This document shows, piece by piece, positions 39,153 through 50,020 of a DNA stretch of 64,000 nt. The first letter of the stretch is position 1; each line of letters begins with the position of its first letter. The translations under genes were made by a program, and so were the position numbers. Source of the DNA: Candidatus Thorarchaeota archaeon (GTDB lineage Archaea; Asgardarchaeota; Thorarchaeia; Thorarchaeales; Thorarchaeaceae); NCBI GenBank assembly GCA_020348985.1, contig CP070761.1, positions 1,317,647-1,381,646 on the forward strand, written 5' to 3'. The notes beneath the pieces were generated by a model that saw nothing but the letters and a program-made list of their open reading frames with translations, ran no database searches and was not told where the DNA came from.

Positions 39153-41402
39153 TCAGGACCTTCCTTTTGAAAGGTTTTGAAGTATTTTGGCGTAGACTTC
39201 TTGTTTCTTCCCTTTTGTAAGCTTTGTAAGCCTCTCGACAATGAGTTCAGGTGTGCTCCTAGCAAGATGTCCAAAACGTGGTGTTCTATCAACAATCAAC
39301 TCAAGCTCTTCGTCGAGTCCACGCGCTTCAATGCCATCAATCCTAACTGAGGCTGAACACACTTCTGCAATCTCTTTTGCAAGGTGGCTGCATAGGACTG
39401 TGGACGTCTGTGGATCGCTCTGTAGAATCTCTATCAGACCAGCAATCACATTGGCTGCACTTCCGGGCTCAGTTATTGCTTCAACCTCGTCAAAGAGTGC
39501 CAGTTTGGACTTGTCCGATACGACTATGTCTGCAAACTGCTTTAGAGTTGTTTCGAAGGCACCTGCACTGACCATGCCACGGCTTTTGTAGAAGAAGTAA
39601 ATCTCCTCGAACACCTTTAGATGGGATTTCCTGGCGGGAACTGGGAAACCAGTCTGAGCCAATGTCACGATTTGAGCAAGAGTCTGAATTGTCGTTGTCT
39701 TCCCGCCACTGTTGGCACCTGACAGAATGGCACAGTTCTCACCTTTCGTGCCTTCAGGAACAAAGGGGGTGGTTCCAATCGCATAGTCAATCGGCTGAAC
39801 TGGCCCGTGCTTTCCCTTTAGCATGCTTTCTGTCAGGAACAGATTGCTGGCCCCCTCTACGCCAACGCCTTCATAGTCCAGCGAGACTTCTGGAGTATGA
39901 AGATCATAGTCAGTAGCAAACAATCCAACAGCAAGGAAAAGATCAAACTCAAGAAGCGTCTGGACGGCTTGGGTGACTGTCTCTTTCAGTTCCTCAAGCT
40001 CTCCGGCATTCTTCTTTATGAGTCGGAACTGTCTGTCAGCGTAGAGTCTCCGCAGTCTATCTTCGAGGTCATTGACTCTTTGAGAAACCATGACGACTGG
40101 CAGGGCAATTTCCTCGCTGATCACACCAACGACCCAATCTGATTCTCGAGCTGAGAGGCCCAGCATCTTGGTCAGCTTGTCCTCTGCCTCTTGTACGGTA
40201 CCAGTGAATGTTTCAATAATCTCAGGCGGGAGCATGTTCCTCATGGCACTTCCGTCAACGCCATCAACATCAGCTGATTGGAGAATGCTGATAATCTGTT
40301 GACCTCCAAGCGTGACTTCACTTTTCACAATTCGGGACTTGATCTCCTCGTTAAGCCAAGCCTCGCTTTCAGCGACTGCGGTCGGAAACGCCTTTACCGC
40401 AGCCCTGAATCTATCTAGTTCGGAGTCCACTCCATCGACAATATCGCCTTCTTCATCGAGACCCCTCAAGATTGCTCCAACCTTGTTAAGAGCATCTGCA
40501 TCAAGTCCACTCACAAATCCTTGAACTGATGGGTTTGAGGGTAGTGTGGACAAAACTTCTACAAGTTCACAGGAAGCTTCAATCACCCGATAATTCCGTG
40601 AGTAGAATACAATGGTTCGCTCAGGAAGAATATCTCCAGGCGACCAATTCTTGCCAAGAATCTCAACATTGTCCAGCATATCTATGGAGTCATCCAGAAC
40701 ACCCAATGGGGATACATACATGACCATGTCATAACCACGGGCATAATCCGCTGCAGATTCGCCTTCTGAAATCAGATAGACAGGGCACCATTTGTCTAGA
40801 CCATCGACAATAATCTTGTCGAAGGTCTTCTCATCATCTGTTATTATGACGCGGCCCGGGATTCGTTTTGCTCGAGTACGTCTGTAGAGTCCTCTCACTT
40901 GAGTGAGTAGTGACCGGAGCTTCTCACGTTGCTCATCACTCAGTCGCCTTGCCATGTCAGCCGCATCGGCAAAATGCTGTTGTCGTTCCAAAATCACGTC
41001 GAGCTTTGACGGAGGAAGAGGAAAGTAGAGCAGGAGTTTATCCCGTCCATAGGTTGTGTTCGCATAGCCTTGAATGATCTCCAGTGTTGACTCGAATATC
41101 TTCCTCACGTCTGTACTTCGGAGAATGGCACTTGAGCTGGCACCAAACTCAACTTCATACGCAGACTTGACAATATTCACTGCCTGCCTTGAACCAATCC
41201 CCGGAACTGCGGCAACAAGATCCACTCTTGAATCGACTATCACTTTGAGCGCGACAGCCTCGCTTCCGAAGTGATCGACAAGGGCCTTTCGTACCTTGTC
41301 GCCTACACCTGGAATATCAGATAGACTCTCTAGATTCAATCTTGCATCCTCATTTTCGACGTAGTCATCTGCCAACACCAATGTCGCCCTTATAGTCTTC
41401 AC
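39153..41402 (-). CDS. Archaeal MutS-family ATPase with N-terminal helix-hairpin-helix
   Basis: IPGVG/VPGIG HhH motifs; SGANSGGKT, AGAFE, DEVE, SHL (MutS domain V); no mismatch-binding domain. Confidence 0.9.
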   Translation of the reverse strand: MKTIRATLVLADDYVENEDARLNLESLSDIPGVGDKVRKALVDHFGSEAVALKVIVDSRVDLVAAVPGIGSRQAVNIVKSAYEVEFGASSSAILRSTDVRKIFESTLEIIQGYANTTYGRDKLLLYFPLPPSKLDVILERQQHFADAADMARRLSDEQREKLRSLLTQVRGLYRRTRAKRIPGRVIITDDEKTFDKIIVDGLDKWCPVYLISEGESAADYARGYDMVMYVSPLGVLDDSIDMLDNVEILGKNWSPGDILPERTIVFYSRNYRVIEASCELVEVLSTLPSNPSVQGFVSGLDADALNKVGAILRGLDEEGDIVDGVDSELDRFRAAVKAFPTAVAESEAWLNEEIKSRIVKSEVTLGGQQIISILQSADVDGVDGSAMRNMLPPEIIETFTGTVQEAEDKLTKMLGLSARESDWVVGVISEEIALPVVMVSQRVNDLEDRLRRLYADRQFRLIKKNAGELEELKETVTQAVQTLLEFDLFLAVGLFATDYDLHTPEVSLDYEGVGVEGASNLFLTESMLKGKHGPVQPIDYAIGTTPFVPEGTKGENCAILSGANSGGKTTTIQTLAQIVTLAQTGFPVPARKSHLKVFEEIYFFYKSRGMVSAGAFETTLKQFADIVVSDKSKLALFDEVEAITEPGSAANVIAGLIEILQSDPQTSTVLCSHLAKEIAEVCSASVRIDGIEARGLDEELELIVDRTPRFGHLARSTPELIVERLTKLTKGKKQEVYAKILQNLSKGRS

Positions 41403-41523
41403 TCTCCGTCAAGTAGACATAGACAGCAGTGGTTCCGTTCTTTATTCCCAGACATCGACATCCCTAGTCAAATGTCATGATCAACAGTACATATTCCCGT
41501 ACAAAACTGAAATCTTCGTTCAA

Positions 41524-42534
41524 TTAGTATCCGAGCTGAAGGTCAACTATGTTCTGAAGTTCATCTCCGCGGCTGAATCTGAGGATATTCTCCACCACGA
41601 ATCTCAGAGCGCCATCTTGAATGTCCTCTGTGAATCCAGCTCGGTGGGGAGAGATAACAACATTGTCCAATTCGTGGAAAGGAAAAGCCTCTGACGGAAA
41701 TTGGCCAGAACCACCCCACTTTGGAGGATAGTCCCACCAAACATCCAACGCCGCGGCCCTGACCGAACCACCTTTCAAGGCCTGATAGAGAGCCTCCTCT
41801 TCAACGATCTTCCCTCTTGAGATGTTGACCAAGATTGACGTTGGTCTCATCCAAGAAATGAATTCCTTGTCGACCAAGCATTGTGACTCTCTAGTCAATG
41901 GCAGTGCAAGAATGACAAAGTCTGCAGTTTCGACAAGAGGTTTGACCGAGTCAATGCTCACTAGCTGATCTGCCAGACTACTATTCAAGGACTTTCCGGA
42001 CCTTGTTGCGGCAGTAATCTTGACTTCAAAGCCCTTCAGTCGTTTGGCTATTTCTGATCCAATGTGTCCAAGCCCTATCATCAGGCACGTCTTTCCTCTT
42101 ATCTCAGTGTTCGGACTTGGACCTCCGAACGCATGAATCCAATCACCCTTTCGAAATTCTCTGTCGCTGATGATTATGTTCTTCGCGGCAGCCAATAGAA
42201 GAGAAATCGCGTATTCGGCCACTTCTGCAGCGTGAACGTGTGAGTTGCAGACTATGATATCACCTCTTTCACGTACTGCATCAAGATCAATTCTATCAAT
42301 TCCTGTCCCCATTGTCTGTATCATCCTGAGATTTGGAGCGTCATGTATGTACTCGACTGGCACTCGCATGGAAACGAGAACGTCTGCGTCGCGCCCCTTT
42401 TCGAGCATGTCGCCTAGATTTCCCCCGGACTGAACAACCTCGAAACTAGGACCAAAGAGTGTGCGCATGACTTCAATCCGTTTGGTGTCTGGATGTGGAA
42501 CTAGAACCTTCACTGCGTTGTTCTCCCTGGCCAC
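41524..42534 (-). CDS. D-2-hydroxyacid dehydrogenase
   Basis: GLGHIG, NISRG, LDVWW, SPH. Confidence 0.93.
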   Translation of the reverse strand: MARENNAVKVLVPHPDTKRIEVMRTLFGPSFEVVQSGGNLGDMLEKGRDADVLVSMRVPVEYIHDAPNLRMIQTMGTGIDRIDLDAVRERGDIIVCNSHVHAAEVAEYAISLLLAAAKNIIISDREFRKGDWIHAFGGPSPNTEIRGKTCLMIGLGHIGSEIAKRLKGFEVKITAATRSGKSLNSSLADQLVSIDSVKPLVETADFVILALPLTRESQCLVDKEFISWMRPTSILVNISRGKIVEEEALYQALKGGSVRAAALDVWWDYPPKWGGSGQFPSEAFPFHELDNVVISPHRAGFTEDIQDGALRFVVENILRFSRGDELQNIVDLQLGY

Positions 42535-42634
42535 CTTCTCAGAACCAAGATTTAAGGAGCTGTCTACAGTTGGCTGCCTTCCAAAGAATATGAAGGAACG
42601 GACCTGAACAAACAGGCCCGCGAACGGTCTGAGT

Positions 42635-44119
42635 CTAGTAGGAGCGAGCTATGTAGACGATTTCCTGGGCGGGCTTTCCACAAACTAGACAGATTCCTTC
42701 CGGTTTGTCTTCGACATCAATGCGTGTACCGCGAATCTCGCCTCGGGTCTTGTCCTTGAGCTCTTCTGCGCAACTAGCTCCATCCATTTCAGTGGTGCAG
42801 AATGGCACTCTCGCAATCTTGCCTTTATTCAGGGCATCGTCGACACCACCTATTGTGTCTGCATCGATTGTTAGACCTTCAAACTTGGCCTCTGCGTTGG
42901 ATCGTAGAGTGCGATCTATCTCATCACCCAGTTCTGAGATTCGTTTGCCAAGTTTGTCGATTTTCACGGTCTCGCGCTCCATAGAGTCTCTTCTAAACAG
43001 AACAGCCTGTTTCGACTTGAGATCTCTGGGCCCGGCCTCCAGTCGAATGGGCACTCCTTTCATTTCCCAGTAGTTGTACTTCCATCCTGGCGTGGCATCA
43101 AAATCATCCAAATGTACTCGGAATCCTTCTGCACGGAGTGTGTCTTCTATCTCCCGGCAGTACTTCATGATCTTATCCTCGTTATCTGTCGTGAAGATAG
43201 GTACGACAACCACTTGGTACGGAGCGATTTTGAAAGGTAATCTGAGACCTTTGTTATCTCCATGCACAGATATCAAAGCGCCATAAATTCGTGAAACTGC
43301 TGGTCCATAGCATGTCTGATAGGCATACTTCTTCTCGTTGTTCTCATCCAGGTATTGTATGTTGAATGCTCTTGCGAAGTTGTCGCCCAAGTCATGCGTG
43401 GATGGTAGCTGAATCACTTTCCCGTCTGGCATCAAAGTGTCAGCGGCAAAAGTGTCCACTCCACCTGGAAACTTATCCCATTGAGTTCGTCGAAATACCA
43501 TTACAGGAATCAGATAGTTGTCTGTAACAACCTCTTTGGTTGTTTCCAAATCCTCCATTACCTGTGCACGGGCGCCATCATGAGTCTTGAATACATTGTG
43601 ACTCTCAATCCAGAGAAACTCCCGTCCTCTTAGGAATGGCCGAGTGCTCTTGACCTCGGAACGGAAAACAGAACATCTCTGATATCTTTTCATGGGTAGA
43701 TCTCGCCAGCTCCGAACCCACAATGAATAGAGTGGGTAGATTGCGGTTTCACTTGTTGGTCTTAGTGCCAGTCTTTCTTCGAGCTTAACACCATCACCGA
43801 TGCTCTCTATCCAAAACACATCAGGAGAAAACCCCTCAACATGTTCCTCTTCCTTTGTCAGATTACTTTCTGGTATCACAGTGGGAAACAACATTGGCAG
43901 ATGCTTTTTGCGCTGCAGCGCATCCTCCAGGATGTCATACATGAGTTCCATGCTCATGACAGACCAAGGCAGAAACGGAGTGAATCCTTTGACACCATAT
44001 CTGATGTCAGCCAATTCTGCAACCTTGACGATCTCTCCAAACCAGTCGGGAAAACTGTCCTCCTTGCTTATGTTGAAAATCACTTGTCGACTATGATTTG
44101 TGTTATCTTCGTTACTCAT
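42635..44119 (-). CDS. proS: Proline--tRNA ligase (archaeal/eukaryotic type)
   Basis: RPTSE, FLRGREFLW.E.H, GVPIRLE.GPRD, C-terminal ARSY. Confidence 0.98.
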   Translation of the reverse strand: MSNEDNTNHSRQVIFNISKEDSFPDWFGEIVKVAELADIRYGVKGFTPFLPWSVMSMELMYDILEDALQRKKHLPMLFPTVIPESNLTKEEEHVEGFSPDVFWIESIGDGVKLEERLALRPTSETAIYPLYSLWVRSWRDLPMKRYQRCSVFRSEVKSTRPFLRGREFLWIESHNVFKTHDGARAQVMEDLETTKEVVTDNYLIPVMVFRRTQWDKFPGGVDTFAADTLMPDGKVIQLPSTHDLGDNFARAFNIQYLDENNEKKYAYQTCYGPAVSRIYGALISVHGDNKGLRLPFKIAPYQVVVVPIFTTDNEDKIMKYCREIEDTLRAEGFRVHLDDFDATPGWKYNYWEMKGVPIRLEAGPRDLKSKQAVLFRRDSMERETVKIDKLGKRISELGDEIDRTLRSNAEAKFEGLTIDADTIGGVDDALNKGKIARVPFCTTEMDGASCAEELKDKTRGEIRGTRIDVEDKPEGICLVCGKPAQEIVYIARSY

Positions 44120-44275
44120 ATTGTCACCTCACTGTGAACGATTAGTGCTATAGAGAATCGGCTAGGACAGAGAATCAGCTTCTTAGATGTTCTTCGGAAC
44201 GCCTTCACCTAGCATCAGTCGTCCACCGTCTTCTAGTCCATCATGGTTGCTATTTAAAGACTGCCTTGAGGTGTA

Positions 44276-44800
44276 CTAGCGTTTGGTCCGGACTTGCCCA
44301 ATTTCACGCATTCTTTCAGGCATCTTGTGTCTCTTCATTAGCTTGACCACGCCGGGTGGCAACAAGGATTCCCAGTCGGAACTCCCGGTACGAATTAGCT
44401 CCCTGATGTGCTTTGCACTTAGCGAATCTCGATCATGTAGTGAAGTCTCTTCGACCTTGACGCCTGCATCTCTGAGAAGCCTTTGTACAAGTGGATTGTG
44501 GGAGTAGGCTTTGTCAAAGTAAGGGACCAATGACTTGAGATGTGCCGCCCATATTGGGTGTATGTTGATATCTGGAACAGGAACGATTTGAATTCTGTCA
44601 AAAGGAAGATCCTCATCAATGAACGCCTGTCGAAGAAGCATAACTCGCTCCCCACCGGTCAGCGGATTATCAGGGGTATGTGAGTATTGGGCGCTGCCGA
44701 CTGCTATGATGAGATTCTCGCCTTTATCTAGTATCTGTCTGATTGTGTGAATATGGCCCCTGTGCACAGGCTGGAACCTACCGATGAAGATGGAGCTCAT
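44276..44800 (-). CDS. nadM: Nicotinamide-nucleotide adenylyltransferase
   Basis: GRFQPVHRGH, GSAQ.SH...NP.T.GER. Confidence 0.95.
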   Translation of the reverse strand: MSSIFIGRFQPVHRGHIHTIRQILDKGENLIIAVGSAQYSHTPDNPLTGGERVMLLRQAFIDEDLPFDRIQIVPVPDINIHPIWAAHLKSLVPYFDKAYSHNPLVQRLLRDAGVKVEETSLHDRDSLSAKHIRELIRTGSSDWESLLPPGVVKLMKRHKMPERMREIGQVRTKR

Positions 44801-44895
44801 CAGAATCATTGTGCAGAGTAGCGGGATGGCAAATAAGCATTGACCAACACTTGTATTCATATCTGGGTAGGGACAGACACTGTTTGGTAGTCACT

Positions 44896-45954
44896 ATGAT
44901 CAAGATTGATGGCTCGCATGGCGAAGGCGGCGGGCAGATTCTCCGAACTTCAGTCGCGCTCTCAGCTCTCACTATGGAGCCTGTTCAGATTCATAACATA
45001 AGAGCTGGTCGGCCAAACCCAGGTCTACGGAACCAACACATTGGTGGGATCAACCTAACAGGTCAGTTGGTAAGTGCCGAGATTGAGGGATTGGAGGTTG
45101 GTAGCAAAGAGGTGACATTCAGACCTCAAGAGCGTCGAGGTGGAATGTTTCGTCATGATGTGGGGACAGCAGGATCAATCTCTCTGGTTCTTCAGGCCGT
45201 TCTGCCAGCCGCAGTCCTCTCACCAGAACCAGTGTCCTTTGTTCTAAGAGGAGGAACTGATGTTGCATGGAGTCCGCCGGTCGATTACATGAGGGAGGTA
45301 TTCATTCCTATCCTGCATAAGATGGGGCCCGAGATTGAGATCCTTCAGAAGAAGAGAGGGCACTATCCGAGAGGTGGAGGGATTGTCGAATGCAGAGTGA
45401 ATCCTGTTGAGGTACTAGCACCGCTGTCTCTTTTTGAGTTTGGGAATCTGAAACAAATTGGAGGTATATCACATTGTGTACGTCTACCTGGACATATTGC
45501 GGAAAGACAGGCCAGCACTGCGGAGAAGATCCTTTCTGAAAGACCCAGGGCAGTGGAAATCAGGAGAGTCTTCTATCCTAGGAACGACGATCCACATCTA
45601 GGACCAGGCAGTGGAATTGTACTCTGGGCTGAATCTGATGAGGGTGCAATTATTGGGTCCGATGCTCTCGGCGAGAGAAGAAAACGCGCTGAAGAAGTAG
45701 GTGCGGAGGCTGCCGGAAAGCTCCTCGAAGAACTGGCAACGGGAAGAGCTCTGGACTCTCATCTTTGTGATATGCTGGTGCCATATCTTGCCGCGGCAAG
45801 AGGTACGAGTATCGTTGGAATGACCAAGATAACCTCGCATCTTGAGACTAACATATGGGCAGCTCATCAGATCCTTGGTGTTGAAGCAACACTAGAAGGA
45901 ACCAGAGGAAATCCTGGGAAGCTAATCGTCAATGGAATGGAAATCTCTCTGTGA
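44896..45954 (+). CDS. rtcA: RNA 3'-terminal phosphate cyclase
   Basis: GEGGGQILR, GGTDV, YPRGGG, H..TN. Confidence 0.96.
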   Translation: MIKIDGSHGEGGGQILRTSVALSALTMEPVQIHNIRAGRPNPGLRNQHIGGINLTGQLVSAEIEGLEVGSKEVTFRPQERRGGMFRHDVGTAGSISLVLQAVLPAAVLSPEPVSFVLRGGTDVAWSPPVDYMREVFIPILHKMGPEIEILQKKRGHYPRGGGIVECRVNPVEVLAPLSLFEFGNLKQIGGISHCVRLPGHIAERQASTAEKILSERPRAVEIRRVFYPRNDDPHLGPGSGIVLWAESDEGAIIGSDALGERRKRAEEVGAEAAGKLLEELATGRALDSHLCDMLVPYLAAARGTSIVGMTKITSHLETNIWAAHQILGVEATLEGTRGNPGKLIVNGMEISL

Positions 45955-46998
45955 AATCTCTGATAGGAACTCCTTAACAGATTCTTCCATTGATGTAAGA
46001 TCGACTGCCTCTATGGCTTGCTCCATGATCTCATGAACACCTACGCCCTCAATTGCAACCATCTCGTGAGCTTCAGGCATTCTCTTCTTTGCTTCCTCAA
46101 GCTGCTCTGGGGGAGTGATGTCGACCTTATTGAAAACAACAAGAATGGGGTTGAGTACGAACATGCGCCTGACTTCATTGTATAGGTTGATCTGTTCGTC
46201 TAGTGTCCACCCACATGCCTCTGATGGGTCAATCATGAATATGATCACGTGGGCCAAGTACTTGAGCGCCGCTATAGCCTCTCTTTCGATTTCGTTGCGC
46301 TTCGACATCGGACGATCTAGAATTCCCGGTGTATCGACAATTTGGACACGATTGTCTTCCACAGTCAAGTGACCAACAATGACACTCTTAGTTGTGAAGG
46401 GATAGTAGGCAATCTCTGGCTCTGCCGTGGAAACTGCCTTTACGAGAGTAGACTTACCGACATTTGGAAAACCCGCGCAGACAATGGTTGGCGAGTTCGG
46501 TACTATTCCCGGGAGTTTCGCCATCGTCTTCTTTGCCTCAATGATGAAATCAATGTTGTTAGCAGTCGCTCGCAGTATAGAGGATATTCTGCCTTTTGCA
46601 GCTCGACGAGTTCGTTTCATCTGATGGAAATCTTCGGCAAGTCTTAGGGCTTCAAGGTGCTTATTGGTGATATCATCTATGGGAGGAATGGAATTGTGTA
46701 CTGCACCCAGAGCCTGTTTGAGTTTGTCTGTTCCGATAAGAATCTCAGTCAATTCAAGGTAGAAAGGATGTAGGCGGTCTAGAGAAGGGAATCCCTCAAC
46801 TATCCCTTTAAGCTTGGTTTTCACATTCTTCGTGAATTCCTGAAGTCTCGTTATCTCTCTAATTCGACTACGTTCCAAGCGCTTCAATCTTAGAGAACTC
46901 TTCATGCTTATTCTGACAGACTTGTTATGCGCGAACTCGATAATCTCTTCTGCAGTCATCATTGTGGGAATGTTGCTGAAGGGATTGAGTCGTCGCAA
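45922..46998 (-). CDS. NOG1-family GTPase
   Basis: HPFY, GFPNVGKS, YPFTT, DTPGILDRP, NKVD. Confidence 0.95.
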   Translation of the reverse strand: MRRLNPFSNIPTMMTAEEIIEFAHNKSVRISMKSSLRLKRLERSRIREITRLQEFTKNVKTKLKGIVEGFPSLDRLHPFYLELTEILIGTDKLKQALGAVHNSIPPIDDITNKHLEALRLAEDFHQMKRTRRAAKGRISSILRATANNIDFIIEAKKTMAKLPGIVPNSPTIVCAGFPNVGKSTLVKAVSTAEPEIAYYPFTTKSVIVGHLTVEDNRVQIVDTPGILDRPMSKRNEIEREAIAALKYLAHVIIFMIDPSEACGWTLDEQINLYNEVRRMFVLNPILVVFNKVDITPPEQLEEAKKRMPEAHEMVAIEGVGVHEIMEQAIEAVDLTSMEESVKEFLSEISQRDFHSIDD

Positions 46999-47111
46999 AT
47001 CTGCACCATCCTTTTTTGTTGTATCTCTTAGTCTTTGAACCCTTCAAAAACGTTTTAAAAAGAGCGGAGCTGTCACAATCTGAGTTCAGCGAGCCCAGAG
47101 AGGTTCTTCTT

Positions 47112-47702
47112 ATGTCACTTCCAACAGGCGCAACAGTTGTAGGTATAAAGTGCAGTGATGGTGCCGTAGTAGCTACTGATTCAATGATTAGCTGGGGCAC
47201 GACAGTCTTGAGTGAGAAAGGTATCAAAGCATTCAAGCTGACGGATACAATCGTCTTGGCTTCAGCAGGATTGACTTCTGACTATCAGATGCTCGTGAAC
47301 AGGCTCAAGGCGCAGATCAAGCTATACGAGCTTAACCAAAAGAAGGAGATCTCTGTGAAGTCGCTCTCAAAGATTATTGCAAACACTCTCTATGCGAGAC
47401 GGATGGCTCCTCTGTACGTGCAGACAGTTGTAGTAGGAATTGATGAAGACGGCCCTGCCTTGTTTACACTTGACATGGGTGGTTCACTAATTCCGGATAC
47501 CTTTACTGCGGCAGGCAGTGGAATTAGGACTGCTTATGGTGTTCTTGAGCATGAATATTCACCCGAGATTACCGTGAAGGAAGCCGAAGAGACTGCGATC
47601 AGGGCTGTCAAGGCCGGCATTGCCAGGGATATTCAGTCAGGTGGACCAATTCGTGTCATGTCAGTAACAAAGGATGGCGTGACAGAAAGAGAAGCTAACT
47701 AG
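47112..47702 (+). CDS. psmB: Proteasome beta subunit, probably non-catalytic (Thr1 position is Ala)
   Basis: TGATVVGI, GSG, RD..SG proteasome-beta motifs. Confidence 0.93.
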   Translation: MSLPTGATVVGIKCSDGAVVATDSMISWGTTVLSEKGIKAFKLTDTIVLASAGLTSDYQMLVNRLKAQIKLYELNQKKEISVKSLSKIIANTLYARRMAPLYVQTVVVGIDEDGPALFTLDMGGSLIPDTFTAAGSGIRTAYGVLEHEYSPEITVKEAEETAIRAVKAGIARDIQSGGPIRVMSVTKDGVTEREAN

Positions 47703-48970
47703 TGCGTGTGCAATGCTTGAGCCTCACTTCTCTAGTTTTCAGAGCACATCCCACATCCAGATATAGCGTGGCGGCACTACTTGGTGCGATACAATCTGAT
47801 TCCCGACTCTCTGAATTGATTTTGAAAGCCCCACTACGAAACTTCGAGAGTGTAGTCAGGAATCATTTCAAAGCCGGAAGAACTGCTGCTGCCTTCTCCG
47901 TCATGAGTACTCATCAGGCCAGAGTCCAAGAGGAAGTCCGCAGACTTAGAGAAATCTGCGGAGAAGATTTGATACTGATTGCAGGAGGTCCACACGCAAG
48001 CGCGAGACCGAAGGATCTCTTGGATTGCGGATTCGATTACGTCATCATAGGAGAGGGTGAGCAATCTCTCAACGATCTTCTGGTTAAGTTGATGAATGAT
48101 GCAGATCCGGAGAGAGTTCAGGGTGTTGTGTCGAAGAGGACCACGGAGTATCCGCTCCCTCGTTCTCTTCCAAGAATATTACTAGATGACTACCCGCCAT
48201 TCGCCCTAGACATGAATGTAGTGGGACCTGTCGAAGTCACGAGAGGCTGTCCTTATGCATGCAAGTTTTGCAGCACACCCTTTTTGACCGGTGGCCGTGT
48301 CAGACATAGGTCAACGAAGACAGTAGTGCATTGGCTGAAGAGGGCTGTCGAAGAGAGAGGATTCATGAGAACCTGGTTCTTGTCACCAAATGCTCTATGC
48401 TACGGCGGGAAGGGGCGCACCCTAGAGGTAGAGAAACTTGAGGGTCTACTATCTGCATCGACTGCAATAGAGGGGCTTGAAGAGGTCTTCTTTGGCTCGT
48501 TCCCCTCGGAGGTGCGTCCGGACTTTGTTACCAAGACAGTACTTGAGATGATTAGACAGTATGTAGCAAACGATAGCCTACAGATTGGTATGCAAGCCGG
48601 AAGTGATCACGTTCTCGAGTTGTCCAATAGAGGTCATTCTGTTGAGGAGGGGATGAATGCAGTTCGTCTTGCTCTTGATAGCGGTTTCATTCCCCATGTT
48701 GATATGATATTTGGGCTCCCAGGAGAACGAGACTCAGATCTTAGGGCAAGCCTAGATCTCTGCCATTCCTTGGATGAAATGGGTGCTAGTGTGCATGGAC
48801 ACGTGTTCATGCCCCTGCCGGGAAGTGCCTTCGAGAACATGCCTGCAGGGGTCTTGAACCAAGAAACTCGAAAGGAGTTGGGAGAGATGTCGAGAAGAGG
48901 GGTCTTGACTGGGTCTTGGTCCAATCAGGAGAAGCTTGCCAGAGATCTCGAGTCCAAGCAGGAGAGATAA
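47702..48970 (+). CDS. B12-binding-domain radical SAM protein (TIGR04013-like)
   Basis: AGGPH, GEGE, RGCPYACKFC, GSFPSEVRP, HVFMPLPG. Confidence 0.9.
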   Translation: MRVQCLSLTSLVFRAHPTSRYSVAALLGAIQSDSRLSELILKAPLRNFESVVRNHFKAGRTAAAFSVMSTHQARVQEEVRRLREICGEDLILIAGGPHASARPKDLLDCGFDYVIIGEGEQSLNDLLVKLMNDADPERVQGVVSKRTTEYPLPRSLPRILLDDYPPFALDMNVVGPVEVTRGCPYACKFCSTPFLTGGRVRHRSTKTVVHWLKRAVEERGFMRTWFLSPNALCYGGKGRTLEVEKLEGLLSASTAIEGLEEVFFGSFPSEVRPDFVTKTVLEMIRQYVANDSLQIGMQAGSDHVLELSNRGHSVEEGMNAVRLALDSGFIPHVDMIFGLPGERDSDLRASLDLCHSLDEMGASVHGHVFMPLPGSAFENMPAGVLNQETRKELGEMSRRGVLTGSWSNQEKLARDLESKQER

Positions 48971-49034
48971 GAAAAAGCCTCACAATGGCAAATCTTGATA
49001 AGAGTGCCTAGAGGCAATCGCCCTGATTGAGAAG

Positions 49035-50000
49035 TTGCCCGAAGACATGCCAGAGACCCTCAGAAGCAAGCTCCTCAGCCAGGGCTATCATTTGCTTGGA
49101 TCAAGGGGCGCTTTCAAGGCATGCCAGTGGCAGAAGAAGAGTCTACTAAATGATGATGTCTGTTACAAACAGCGTTTCTATGGAATTGAGTCCCATCGAT
49201 GTCTGCAGATGACACCTGTGGTTGATAAGTGCAGTCAGAGCTGCGAGTTCTGCTGGCGAGTTACTCCTGCAGACATTGGCTCTGCATGGGATCAGGTAGA
49301 AGTCACCGAGGATGAGGTGCTGGAACCACGGGCACTCATGGATGCCGTGCTGACGGCCAACCTAAGGTCTCTTGGCGGGTATAATCCTCAAGCTGGAGCA
49401 ATTGTGTCAGAAAAGAAGTATAGGGAGGCTAGAGAGCCAAAACATATGGCCATCTCCCTAGCAGGGGAACCGACTCTCTACCCTTTTCTTAGTGAGTTCA
49501 TAGAGGAGGTCCACAGCAGAGGAATGACATCATTTCTTGTCACGAATGGTTTACATCCATCGGTCCTGGGAGAGATAGCATTGCCCACTCAATTGTATGT
49601 GACTTTGGCTGCACCGGACAGGAAGACGCATAGGGAGCTATGTCGGCCAAGTTCTTCAAACGCATGGAGTCAACTCCAACAGACTCAGGAACTCTTAGGG
49701 TCTCTTTCATGTCGACGTGCCAATAGACTCACGATGGTAGAAGGGAAGAATATGTTCAGACCGAGAGCATATGCTGACTTGATTCTTAGTGGAGAACCAG
49801 ACTTCATCGAGGTCAAGGGATACATGTTTTTGGGCTCCTCCAGGGGGCGGCTAAGTCCCCAGAACGCCCCATCTCACCGTGCAATCAGGTCGTTCTCGGA
49901 AAAGCTGGCAGCATTGACAGGATACTATTTGCAGGATGAACAGGCGGAAAGCAGAGTGACGCTGCTGTCACGGAGCAAACAAATTAAGAAGATTCAGTAA
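49035..50000 (+). CDS. taw1: 4-demethylwyosine synthase TYW1/Taw1
   Basis: CYKQRFYGIESHRC, CxxxCxxCWR, AISLAGEP, EVKGYM. Confidence 0.96.
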   Translation: MPEDMPETLRSKLLSQGYHLLGSRGAFKACQWQKKSLLNDDVCYKQRFYGIESHRCLQMTPVVDKCSQSCEFCWRVTPADIGSAWDQVEVTEDEVLEPRALMDAVLTANLRSLGGYNPQAGAIVSEKKYREAREPKHMAISLAGEPTLYPFLSEFIEEVHSRGMTSFLVTNGLHPSVLGEIALPTQLYVTLAAPDRKTHRELCRPSSSNAWSQLQQTQELLGSLSCRRANRLTMVEGKNMFRPRAYADLILSGEPDFIEVKGYMFLGSSRGRLSPQNAPSHRAIRSFSEKLAALTGYYLQDEQAESRVTLLSRSKQIKKIQ

Positions 50001-50020
50001 AGTGGACGAGGGCGAGAGCA

